Shown: positions 53,555-64,000 of the stretch, piece by piece
How positions within the stretch are numbered: the first letter of the stretch is position 1
Layout: every line of letters starts with the position of its first letter
Assembly (NCBI GenBank): GCA_951406725.2
Contig: OX597833.1
Coordinates: forward strand, 39,432,001-39,496,000
DNA: 64,000 nucleotides
Source: Octopus vulgaris
Taxonomy: Eukaryota
Direction: 5' to 3'
Notes under the pieces: generated by a model
What the model saw: the letters and a program-made list of their open reading frames with translations, nothing else
The model's database searches: none
Told to the model about the DNA's origin: nothing
Position numbers and translations under genes: made by a program

Positions 53555-54026
53555 TCTATAACTATAGAGCAGTTTATATGATGCTTGCGTCCAAAGTGCA
53601 ATGCTGCATAGTAGTGAAACAATAACTTTAAATGCAGAGGTTGTGTAAATGCCGGAAAGTCATGAGCTGAGCAGTGTCCACCGGGTGTGTAATATTAGCA
53701 TGCAAGAATGATGGACAAAAAATGAGATGACAGTAGAAGTGGATACAAGAGAAATCAGATGTAGAGCACAGGAGAGAAACCTCTGCTGGTGTGGGCAAGC
53801 AGTGTGCATGGTGGATGACAGTTTGGTAAAGATGTATCAAGCAGCTTAAGTGGAAGGAACCTGTAAAAGACAAAGATCAAGGGAGTGCTGAAGAGAAGTG
53901 TTGAAGAAACGATATCAAGAGGCTGGGCTTCACAAAAGAGGTACCGAGTGACTGTAGCAAGTGCCAAGATGCCGTGTGGTAAGAAGACTTGCTCAACCAA
54001 TGCCAGCATGGCTAAATAAAGAAGAA

Positions 54027-54065
<39 letters not shown>

Positions 54066-54070
54066 AATGA
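53555..54070 (+). mobile_element. Decayed RTE ORF-end fragment with (GAT)n tail; 5' part duplicated at ~51815-52003
   Basis: LYDACVQSAMLHSSET...LCWCGQAVCMVD-like motifs. Confidence 0.6.
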
Positions 54071-54839
54071 TGATGACAACGATGACAATGATAGTGGTGT
54101 TGATGCACACTCACACACACACATACACACGCATACACGCACACACACACACCAGTATGCAACTGGAAGAATGAGTCTTCAACACCAGGAGTTGGATAAA
54201 CTGCTCTTTTTAATAAAGTATTTGTTATTTTTCAGGAACTAAAGGTTTCCTGCTGACACTCCCACAGGTGTTAATGTCAGAGTATCATATATACACACAC
54301 ACACATGCACATACACATTTATATTCATAAAGACATGTATACATCTATATACATATATATATATATTCTCTTCCTTTCTATTAAATATACACAGATTATT
54401 CCCTTTCATGTAAATGCACTCACGTACATATACATATACACTCCTTCCCTCTCTGTCAAATACATACTCACACACATGCATTTATATATTTCTCACACTC
54501 ACCCTCTCTTTATCAAGCACATTCATGCATACAACAAACACCCTCATGCACATTCAGATATATTCTCTTCCTGTCCTTCTTTGTGAAACACAATCACACA
54601 AACACGCACATGCAGACAGACAGGTGCACACACACACACATGCACACACACACAGGCATGCATGTGAGCACACACACACTCATGAAGTGGTAAAATGAGA
54701 AAATTGTAAATGGTCTGCTACAGAATATTGAAATTACAATAAAATGTTTGTAGAGATGAGATTAAGGGATGAATTTAATATATATTGAGTGGAATATTGA
54801 ACAGTACAACACTGACATCAATATATATGCATAAAATAC

Positions 54840-54855
54840 ACTTATATATATATAC

Positions 54856-54924
<69 letters not shown>

Positions 54925-55051
54925 CATATATATATACATATATATATATTTATATATATAAACACACAGATGTGTGTATGTGTGTGTATTTGTACATATA
55001 CATCTCTCTGTATATGTATGCATATATATATAATATATATATGTATGTATA

Positions 55052-55105
<54 letters not shown>

Positions 55106-55108
55106 TAT
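54840..55108. repeat. (TA)n-rich microsatellite
   Basis: Directly visible. Confidence 0.95.
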
Positions 55109-55424
55109 ATGGGTAAGGACGTCACCAACAATAAACAACATAAAATATGAAAACAAATGAGTTAAATATGCAAATAATGAAAGAAAAAAATGACAAGTAA
55201 TACAAAGAATGACCCTTCATCAGTTGTCGGCTGTCTATCTACTCCCATATTTTGAGCAATCAATGACAATGTGAGTCTTTGAGGACTGTTGCTTCCATAA
55301 ATACTAAAATAGAATTTTGGATTTATGGAGGGTCAAAGTTAGGAGCAAAAACAGGACAGTGAAGACATACAGGGAAACCGAACAAAAACAAGCATGGAGG
55401 GTCGTTAGAAGATAGTGAACAATG

Positions 55425-55856
55425 AGAAAAATATTTTACACAATATCACAGTTCCAAGGTTGATGCTTGTAGCAGGTCTTCACAATTGCTCATCATCTTC
55501 CAGGGATATTCTTCAACTTCTGAAGCACCTATGCCACTTGAAACATTGCATATGATCCATTGCCTTATCATTGTAAGTTTGTTGAAGCATGCTCAATATC
55601 TCTGGGGCAGACTTCCCAAGTTTACCGCAAAAGTTTACGTTGGGTCTTTGTTCCTCTCCATAACAAAAATCGCAGACTAAAGCATACACATAATTACAAA
55701 AACACAAATTTCACAACTTGCGAAGTAAACAAAGTGATGTCACTCATCACAGTGCCCCATGAAGGTCACTGCTAGCTCTTACTGTGCATGCAATCATGTG
55801 CTGCCATCTGTTGCTGTACTTGAGAACTAGTCCGAGAACTTTTTGATACCACCATG

Positions 55857-55858
<2 letters not shown>
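55425..55858 (-). mobile_element. Mariner remnant
   Basis: End tacatggtggtatcaaaaagttc; EQRPNVNFCGKLGKSAPEILSMLQQTYNDKAM..CFKWHRCF. Confidence 0.8.
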
Positions 55859-55913
<55 letters not shown>

Positions 55914-56186
55914 GTGTATATACTTATATATATATATATATATATATAATATAAAATTGGATTCAATCCTAAATCTGATTTTTCCCTGTAAGTTTGGATT
56001 TATTCCCTAATATTTATTATATATAATATATATATAAATATATATATAAATATATAATTATAAACATAATTATAATCAGGGGTCAGCTAATTGCTTCATC
56101 ATGCACCGAATTTAGAAATTGATTAATTAATTTTATTACTATTATTATTATTATAATTATTATTATTATTATTATTATCATTATTA

Positions 56187-56232
<46 letters not shown>

Positions 56233-56242
56233 CTTTATATAT

Positions 56243-56621
56243 ATTCTTTCTTTTATTCTTTTACTTGTTTCAGTCATTTGACAGCACCCTTTAGTCAAAT
56301 CAAATCAACCCCAGGACTTATTCTTTGTAAGCCTACTAATTATTCTATCAGTCTCTTTTGCCAAACCGCTTAGTTACACACCAGCATCACCAGCATCGGT
56401 TGTCAAGCAATATTGGGGAACAAACATATACACACACATACATACACATATACATATATACGACGGGCTTCTTTCAGTTTCCGTCTACCAACTCCATTCC
56501 CAAGGCTTTGGTTAGCCTGAGGCTATAGTTGAAGACACTTGCCCAAGGTGCCATACACTGGGACTGAACCCAGAACCATGTGGTTGGTAAGCAAGCAACT
56601 TACAACACAGCCGCTCCTGCA

Positions 56622-56623
<2 letters not shown>
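56243..56623 (-). mobile_element. Type A SINE
   Basis: Head-to-tail match. Confidence 0.85.
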
Positions 56624-56669
<46 letters not shown>

Positions 56670-56733
56670 TGAATATATATATATATAAGTGTAAATGTAA
56701 CATGTGACAATTATTCAATTATTCGGTAGCCAT

Positions 56734-56795
56734 GATAAAACTCCGAGATTCGGATACCAAGGTGGAAATCCATACTGCCATCTCTTCAGTTATCC
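56734..56795 (-). ncRNA. Type I hammerhead-like motif with one core substitution
   Basis: gataa-CTGAAGA-[stem II region]-c-GAAt-ctcggag-T-T-ttatc. Confidence 0.5.
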
Positions 56796-57032
56796 GGCCA
56801 TGTATATATTTTGTTACATTATAACCCAAGGTCTTTATCTGCTTATTTGAATCATTGTCTCCATATCTGATCACTTGGATTCCCTTTATAGCCATTCTTT
56901 ACCCTGATGACTCGGTCCTTGGTAAAGATGTCAGGACGTGACTTCAACTCATTCGAGTGCTAGTAACTGTTTTCTTAGATTCTCTCAATGTCATCTGTTG
57001 ACTCTAAATATATATATGTATATAGTTGTATG

Positions 57033-57065
<33 letters not shown>

Positions 57066-57379
57066 GAGAGTATTGTAGTTCGTTTGAAGCATTGTGTGTT
57101 GTTTGTAAAGAATGAAAACTTTTGAATGGTATAACAATACACTATAATACAGTATATATACATTTGTTTATCCATACTACCATGGAGTTGGATGCAACGT
57201 TATTTAAGGCAGGTTTTTACAGCTGGTTGCTCTCTTCATGTTACCAGAACAACTAGTCACGATGTCATGAAGGAATGTCAACATATGAATATTACTGTAC
57301 ACCTACATACACTGATACATACATGCATACATACATTCATACATGCATGCATACATACATACATACATACATACATACA

Positions 57380-57410
<31 letters not shown>

Positions 57411-57599
57411 GTACATGTGTGTGTGTGTATGCATGCACATATGCATACATTCATATGTATATATATATATTAATAAATGTGATAATGGATGTACATCAAC
57501 AACCAAATATTTGTGCAATAACAGTTAAGTTTTATAAGAGGAAAAATCTGATTGTTAATGGATGAGCTATATTAGTATTTTTCTGTTTTCTACTGATAA

Positions 57600-57980
57600 T
57601 ACTTTTATTAAATGGTTTTTCTTGGGATAGATTTTGGTTCTTGAGGAGAATATTGAGAATAATATGGACAAAGTGTCTAATGCAGAAGTGACGACCTGGG
57701 TTGTAGTAAATACGAAACTGCTTCATGAAGTAAGGGCCAAACAACTGAGATTTCTTGGTCATTTAATGAGGACAAAGGTCCTGGAGAATTTAGCAAATAA
57801 TTGGTAAGACTGAAGGGTGAAGGGTAAGGAAAACGATGATATAGGTGTCAAGCTTGACAAACTGGTTGGAGGAAAGAGGCATTAAACATCAGGAAGTGGA
57901 ACTGTTACAGAAGACAAAGAACAGAGAATTGTGACAGGGTATGATGACCTTTGTCCTACATTCTGGATATGACACCTAAA
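57600..57980 (+). mobile_element. Decayed RTE-type 3' ORF fragment
   Basis: LRIIWT..VSNAEV..VRAKQLRFLGHLMR..LENL..GKTEG...KNREL. Confidence 0.65.
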
Positions 57981-58879
57981 AAGAAAAAAAAGAATTTGGA
58001 ATGAAATCAACATGTGTCGGATTTTTTTGTGTTCCTTTTTTTACTCAATTCATCTTTTTTTACCTAATTCACCTGTTTTTTAATGTTATTTCGTTTCCCA
58101 TAATGTCTGTATGACTTGATAGCCAAATCATTGTTGTTAGTTAATTATGTTCATATAATTTCTTTATTTTAACAGTATACCTACAAGATTTTAACACCTC
58201 TTATTCTGGATGATGAGCTTCTAAATTAGATAAATTATCAGTAAATAGAAAGAAAATCACATTTTGCTATGATATTTTCAGCAGAATCTAATCATGCAAT
58301 TATTCCCTGTCAGTCTGCATCACACTGTAAAATCCCAAGAAGTAATATTTATTCTCACTTAGATGTGGGTGATCTGTTAGAACAAACTATACTGCATAAG
58401 TTATCATGAGAGAAACTCTCATGATGGCTTTTGGTGCAAAATGCATTCTTATTTATATTGCTAGTGGGAAGATAAATCAAGCGTTCATCATTGATAAGGC
58501 CAAGGATGGTCAAAATCACATGATCTGGTGATCTCAGTACTGGAGGTGGTGTGGATTTATCTCCTCACAAATGGTTTAATGAGAGTGCAGTTTGCACCAA
58601 AGGCCAATATGAGATTTTTTGCTCATGGTAACTACTGCAGAACATCCAGATTTTAGTTAGGATAGATATTACCTCTCCATATTAATACTGTCTCTGTAGC
58701 TAATATACACCATAAGATCCATCATGCACACTTAAGCCATTTTTTAAGTATCTTGATAATTCCAAGTAGCTCCACACCTGACTCTTTTTTTCAATTTTAA
58801 CCTACAAGTAGGTGCACGGCTCTGTGAAGATGCATAACTCAGTGAAAGCACATTGCTCAGTGAAGGTACATGGGTCAGT

Positions 58880-59216
58880 GAAGGCATATGGCTCAGTGGT
58901 TAGAGTGTTAGACTCACAATAATGAGGCAGTGAGTTCAGGCTGTGTGTTGTGTTTTTGAGCAAAACAGTTTATTTTATATTGCTCCAGTTTACTGATCTG
59001 TAGAAACGAGTTGCGACATCACTGGTGCCAAGCTGTATTGGCATTTGCTTTTCCCTTGGATAACATCAGTGGTGTGGAGAGGGGAAGCTGGTATGCATGG
59101 GAGACTGCTGGTCTTCCATAAACAACCTTGCCTGGACTTGTGCCTTGGAGGATAACCTTTGTAGGTTCAGTCCCATAGTCATTCATGACCGAAGGGCGTC
59201 TTTACTCTTTACCCTT
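58880..59216 (+). mobile_element. Type D SINE
   Basis: tggctcagtggttagag A box, gagttca B box, same body as 24576-24890. Confidence 0.85.
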
Positions 59217-59534
59217 TAACCCTGTCGATACCAACCTGGCTGAAAGCGCTTCTGGCTTTGTAGTACAAATGTCTTGTTTTCATAAGTTTCCTATTTCCGT
59301 CTACCAAATTCACTCACAAGCCATTGGTTGACCCTAGGTTATTGTAGAGGATGTTTGCCCAAGGTGCTGCAGAATAAGACTGAACCCCAAACTACATGGT
59401 TGCAAAGCAAACTTCTTAACCACTCAGCCATGCTTGCACCAATGTTTACTTATTTTATCATAATTGATAAAGCCATACACAGCTTATTTTTATTACTAAT
59501 AATATTGGATGAAATTGAAATCAAATTCAATTAC

Positions 59535-59958
59535 TGGCATCTTTGCTAGTGGAGCGCTAAGAGCACCATCCAAGTGTGATCGTTGCCAGAGCAGCTAACT
59601 GGCACATAAAAAACACCATTCGAGCGTGATCATTACCAGCATTGCCTTACTGGCACGTGAAAAAGCATTCGAGCGAGGTTGTTGCCAGTGCCGCTGGATT
59701 GGCTCCTGTGCAAGTGACACATAAAAAACACCATTTGGGCATGGCCATTGCCAGTACTGCCTGACTGGCCCTTGTGCCGGTGGCATGTAAAAGCACCCAC
59801 TACACTCACGGAGTGGTTGGCGTTAGGAAGGGCATCCAGCTGTAGAAACTCTGCCAGATCCGATTGGAGCCTGGTGCAGCCATCTGGTTCACCAGTCCTC
59901 AGTCAAATCGTCCAACCCATGCTAGCATGGAAAGTGGACGTTAAACGATGATGATGAT
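59535..59958 (+). mobile_element. RTE 3'UTR copy with subrepeats and (GAT)n tail
   Basis: ggcac.taaaaa.cacc repeats, then ggcgttaggaagggcatccagc...gttaaacgatgatgat. Confidence 0.85.
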
Positions 59959-61334
59959 AAATATTGGATGAAATATATAGATTGAAATCTACAGAAAATC
60001 CTGATATTTAGTTAATTTCATTTAAAGAAGTAAAACAAATTCTCTGCAATGAACAAAAATAAAATGGAAACAAACTGGAAAACCCCATGGAAGACCTTGG
60101 AGAATATACATAATTTGATTTTTATTCATTGTAAATTAATCTTGTATTAAGAGGAATGAGATAACTAGCAACTCAATTAGATGATTGGAAATTTTATATT
60201 GCAGTAATTTTAAAATTAGAATGTCATATATTATGTTATTAAAGGCTCTCCTTTTATCTAAAGAGATCAAACTGGTTGAGTCTCTTTTTTTTCCATTTTA
60301 ATGAATAATGATTTTTTTTTTTTTATGTATATATTTTTTAGCATTTTTATTAATTCAAAACCTGAACTGAGATTTGGGAAAAATATTCTTTGTTCTACCA
60401 TTGTAAGGTAATCTATTATCATAACGATTTTCCAATTTTTTAGTTACATTAATTTTTTGATCTACAGGTCAATGTAATCTGGTCAAATGGTAATTAGCTT
60501 TATTTGGTTTTGGTTGTTATTAAGATATGAAATTTCCATATATTTGGTTGTTTTTTTTTTTGTTTTTTTTAAAAATTTAATTATATTATAATAAAAAAAT
60601 GGAATGTGTATATTTTATGCATTTTCTTCCTTATTCCTTAATTTCAAATTCACACTTCTAATCCCACCAAATATTATGAAGAAAGGATTATCACCCTTGT
60701 ATTAACTGTCCATCCGGGGCCACCACCAATCCAGTACTACTTCTTGTATTAAACTCTGTTTTAGTTATGGTTAAATTTGGTATTTTATCGGGACCTGTAT
60801 TAGAAATGTTCTTTCAATTTTTTGTTTTTTTGTATAACTGCAATTTTTTTCCTGTCCATAAAAATTGCCAAAATATATTCAGTGGTATCTGTGATTGAAT
60901 TATTATGGTGATTGTATGTAAAAAGCATGTTATCAGTTTTTGACTATTTTGATTAAATTATTAGATTATATATTTTCCATATAACACTGAGAGATCCTAA
61001 TTGTCTTTTCTATAACAAAAATTATTTTAGCTTGCTTTATCTACCATAATTTTTCTCTTTTAATCCATCACACATTTCATGATTAGTATCTGTTGGATGG
61101 TATTTCTGTTTTGTTTTTTATTAATTAATGAATCCGCTTATGTCTTAATTCCATTCAGTTCTGGCTTCAGGAGGTTGACTTTGCATTTCATCCTTTTGTG
61201 ATCAATTAAATAAAAGTACCAGTCAAGCATTGGTGTCAGAGTAGTCAACTAGACGCCCTCCTTCAAAATTCCAGACCTTGTGGCTACAGTAGAAAGGATT
61301 ATTATAATTACTGCTACTACTACTACTACTACTT

Positions 61335-61662
61335 AAAAAAGGCTCCGCCGGTTACGACGACAAGGGTCCCAGCTAATACGATCAATGGAACAGCTTGCTC
61401 GTGAAATTAACGTGCAAATGGCTGAGCATTCCACAGACACGTGTACCCTTAACGTAGTTCTCGGGGATAATCAGCGTGACACAGAGAGTGACAAGGCTGA
61501 CCCTTTGAAATACAAGTACAACTCATTTTTGCCAGCTGAGTGGACTGGAGCAATGTGAAATAAAGTGTCTTGCTCAAGGACACAACGCGTCGCCGGGAAT
61601 CGAACTCACAACCTTACGATCATGAGCCGAATGCCCTAACCACTAAGCCACACGCCCTCACA
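61335..61662 (-). mobile_element. tRNA-derived SINE (type C), well preserved
   Basis: tggcttagtggttagg A box, gagttcgattccc B box, gtgtccttgagcaagacac core; flanked by (ACT)n on both sides. Confidence 0.85.
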
Positions 61663-61709
61663 CTACTACTACTACTACTACTACAACTACTACTACTACT
61701 ACTACTACA

Positions 61710-62036
61710 GCTGGGCATGCTATATCTATGATCCAGCATCATTTGCTTTCTTTCTCAATTAAGACATCTGGTTTCTTATTCTCTACGTCATGGTTGCACT
61801 GAATCATTGAAGTCCCATAGGATCTTTGCATTATCATTTTCAATGATGCCTTCAAGTTTATGTTCATACCACTTTTTGGCTCTGTCAAGTCCATACTTGT
61901 TGCAAAGTGCCTAATGGACAATCCTTGCTATATTGTCATAGCATCTCTTATATTCTTTCTGGGCTAGTGGCCTACATTGACTGGTAATATGCCAGATGGT
62001 TTCATCATTTTGTCCACAAATTCTGGACTTATCACC

Positions 62037-62037
<1 letters not shown>
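61710..62037 (-). mobile_element. R4/Dong-type zinc knuckle/RLE fragment
   Basis: CPEFVDK..ETIWHITSQC..LAQKEYKRCYDNIA; IQCNHDVENKKPDV. Confidence 0.7.
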
Positions 62038-62083
<46 letters not shown>

Positions 62084-62231
62084 TTTCTTCCTTTTTTTCC
62101 TTCTTTCAAATTTGCTTCCATTTCTTGCCGAGTGTCTTCCCAACTCCTAGGGCAAAGAAACTCATAGTATACATTGGTAGGCCATTAAACTAAACTCACT
62201 AGTTCGTTCATTTTTTTTTTTAAGTTAAATT

Positions 62232-62463
62232 AAAATACATGGGTAGTAATAGTTCTTTTTTTAATTTTTTTTCTAAGTTAAATTAAAATACATGGGTAGT
62301 AATAGTTCTGTTAAAATACATGGGTAGTAATAGTTCTGTTAAAATACATGGGTAGTAATAGTTCTTTAAAATACATGGGTAGTAATAGTTCTTTAAAATA
62401 CATGGGTAGTAATAGTTCTTTAAAATACATGGGTAGTAATAGTTCTTTAAAATACATGGGTAA
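62232..62463. repeat. 27-28 bp minisatellite
   Basis: aaaatacatgggtagtaatagttct(g)tt, about 7 full units plus a partial one. Confidence 0.95.
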
Positions 62464-62487
62464 TTATTATCATTATTATTATTATTA

Positions 62488-62950
62488 TTCAGTAGTTTTA
62501 TTTTTATAGCGTGCTTACACTTCACTACCGAGCGCAGCTCTGTGTGCCTTGGGTATGTGCTGTGATTTGTTGTGATGCTCTGATGGTTATTGTATGGAAA
62601 GTGTTCTGCGTAGGATGTGTGCAGTGCCTAGTAGTGCAATTTTCTGTATGTTATATGTGTTTGTAAGTCCTGGTGTTTTTGTTATGTATTTGTCTGAATA
62701 TTTTTTTATCATGCCTAATGCACCTACTATGATAGGAATTGTTTCTGTTTTCAGGTTCCACATTCTAGTTACCTCTATTTCCAGGTCTTTGTATTTTGAG
62801 AGTTTCTCCATTTCTTTTAGAGACACGTTGTCATCTGCCGGTATTGATACATCAATTAGAAAGCATTTTTTTTTCTTCATGATCTCTGACAACTATATCT
62901 GGTTTGTTGGCCTTAATTTCTCTATCTGTGTGTATCGGCATATCCCAGAG
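62488..62950 (-). mobile_element. R4/Dong-type LINE 3' end
   Basis: ILWDMPIHTDREIKANKPDIVV; CFLIDVSIP..KLSKYKDLEIEVTRMWNLKTETIPIIVGALG..LLGTAHILRRTL; (TAA)n on both sides. Confidence 0.9.
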
Positions 62951-62970
62951 TATTATTATTATTATTATTA

Positions 62971-63028
<58 letters not shown>

Positions 63029-63055
63029 CATTATTATTATTATTATCATTATTAT

Positions 63056-63213
63056 TCAGTAGTTTTATCTTTATAGCATGATTTCACTTCACTACTGAGC
63101 GCAGCTCTGTGTGCCTTGGGTATGTGCTGTGGTTTGCTGTGATGCTCTTATGGTTACTGTATGGAAAGTAGGATGTGTGCAGTGCCCAGTAGGGCAATTT
63201 TCTGTATGTTATG

Positions 63214-63215
<2 letters not shown>
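63056..63215 (-). mobile_element. Short second copy of the same R4/Dong 3' end
   Basis: Matches 62488-62655. Confidence 0.8.
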
Positions 63216-63246
<31 letters not shown>

Positions 63247-63383
63247 GTCTGTCATGGTCAGCTTTGTCTGTTATCCTTTTGAGGTCAATAAAAGTATCAA
63301 CTTAGTAGTGGGGGTTAATGTAATTGACTTTCTCCTCTTCTCAAAAAACTACTGGCCCTGTGCCAAAACATTTAAAACCATTA

Positions 63384-63447
<64 letters not shown>

Positions 63448-63449
63448 CT

Positions 63450-64000
63450 GTTTATCACAGGTTTTGTTGGAGCTCCTGGAGTCTTGCATGCATAGCAGGC
63501 TTACTACCTACAGCTGCCTATGGCACCATGTTATTCAGTTTTTTTCAGCTATTTAATACTTCCCTGATTATTCTGGCTGTGCCAAGGAGGCAAATCTTTT
63601 GTAACGGTTCCACTGGGCATTCTATTCCAGTTTCCTTTATATTTCTCTTGATGCCTTCTGATACTGTTCCCAAGGACCCAACAATAATTGTCACTATCAT
63701 TACCATCTTCATTTTCCGTAGCCGGGCTATTTCGTACTTAAGAGGGTTGTATCTATCTTTTCACCTTCCTCCTTGACTATTCATGGGTCAAAGGGGCATG
63801 CAATGTCAACTATATAGCATATGTGGTGCACCTTGTCCATTACTGCTAGATCCAGTCTGTTATGCTCTAGCACCTGATTTGTTTAAATTGGGAAATCCCA
63901 GAGGATTTTGTTAGTCTCTGACTCTGCCAATCTCTGTGGTATGAGCACAAACCACATCTTGCCTCTCTCTAGCTCCCCACTTTTTACACAGTTTCCAATG
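63450..64000 (-). mobile_element. R4/Dong-type RLE fragment, another subfamily, runs off the window
   Basis: KILWDFP..VLEHNRLD..YIVDIACP; VTIIVGSLGTVS; LQKICLLGTARIIREVL. Confidence 0.8.

Noticed and set aside
55205-55260. Hammerhead at minus-strand CTGATGA
   Set aside because: No correctly placed GAAA or closing stems found; the surrounding 55110-55410 block may still be a PLE-type terminal repeat
56884-56960. Hammerhead or C/D box at plus-strand CTGATGA
   Set aside because: Second half of the core is absent
58403-58425. 10-bp-stem hairpin as a terminator
   Set aside because: Eukaryotic context, and it lies within an old repeat related to 49640-49730
61590-61662. tRNA gene (also at 58880 and 80-150)
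   Set aside because: tRNA-like heads run directly into SINE bodies; no complete acceptor stem or terminator
62232-62463. CRISPR array
   Set aside because: Head-to-tail units without unique spacers

Overview
AT-rich eukaryotic DNA with very dense microsatellites and no confidently identifiable host gene. The repeat content (tRNA-derived SINEs with internal microsatellites, RTE and R4/Dong LINE fragments, abundant (TA)n/(CA)n/(TAA)n) looks like an octopus-type cephalopod genome; that is an inference from pattern recognition, not a search. Almost all ORF-track entries are translations of simple repeats or decayed transposons. Recognisable elements are a degenerate ~2 kb Penelope-like element (RT plus C-terminal GIY-YIG) and two smaller fragments, a 5'-truncated RTE LINE with many 3'-end copies, RTE-BovB, CR1, Tx1/L1 and R4/Dong fragments, two mariner remnants, a 2.3 kb non-autonomous Helitron and four SINE types. 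The most interesting signals are hammerhead-ribozyme-like motifs (an inverted pair at 48.7-49.0 kb and one at 56.7 kb), a GIY-YIG domain with a long Ser/Thr-rich insertion, an RTE-BovB copy with twin-priming-like inversion, a perfect 38-bp palindrome and several diverged tandem arrays. I found no convincing evidence of a new multi-gene system. Element boundaries were read by eye and are approximate.
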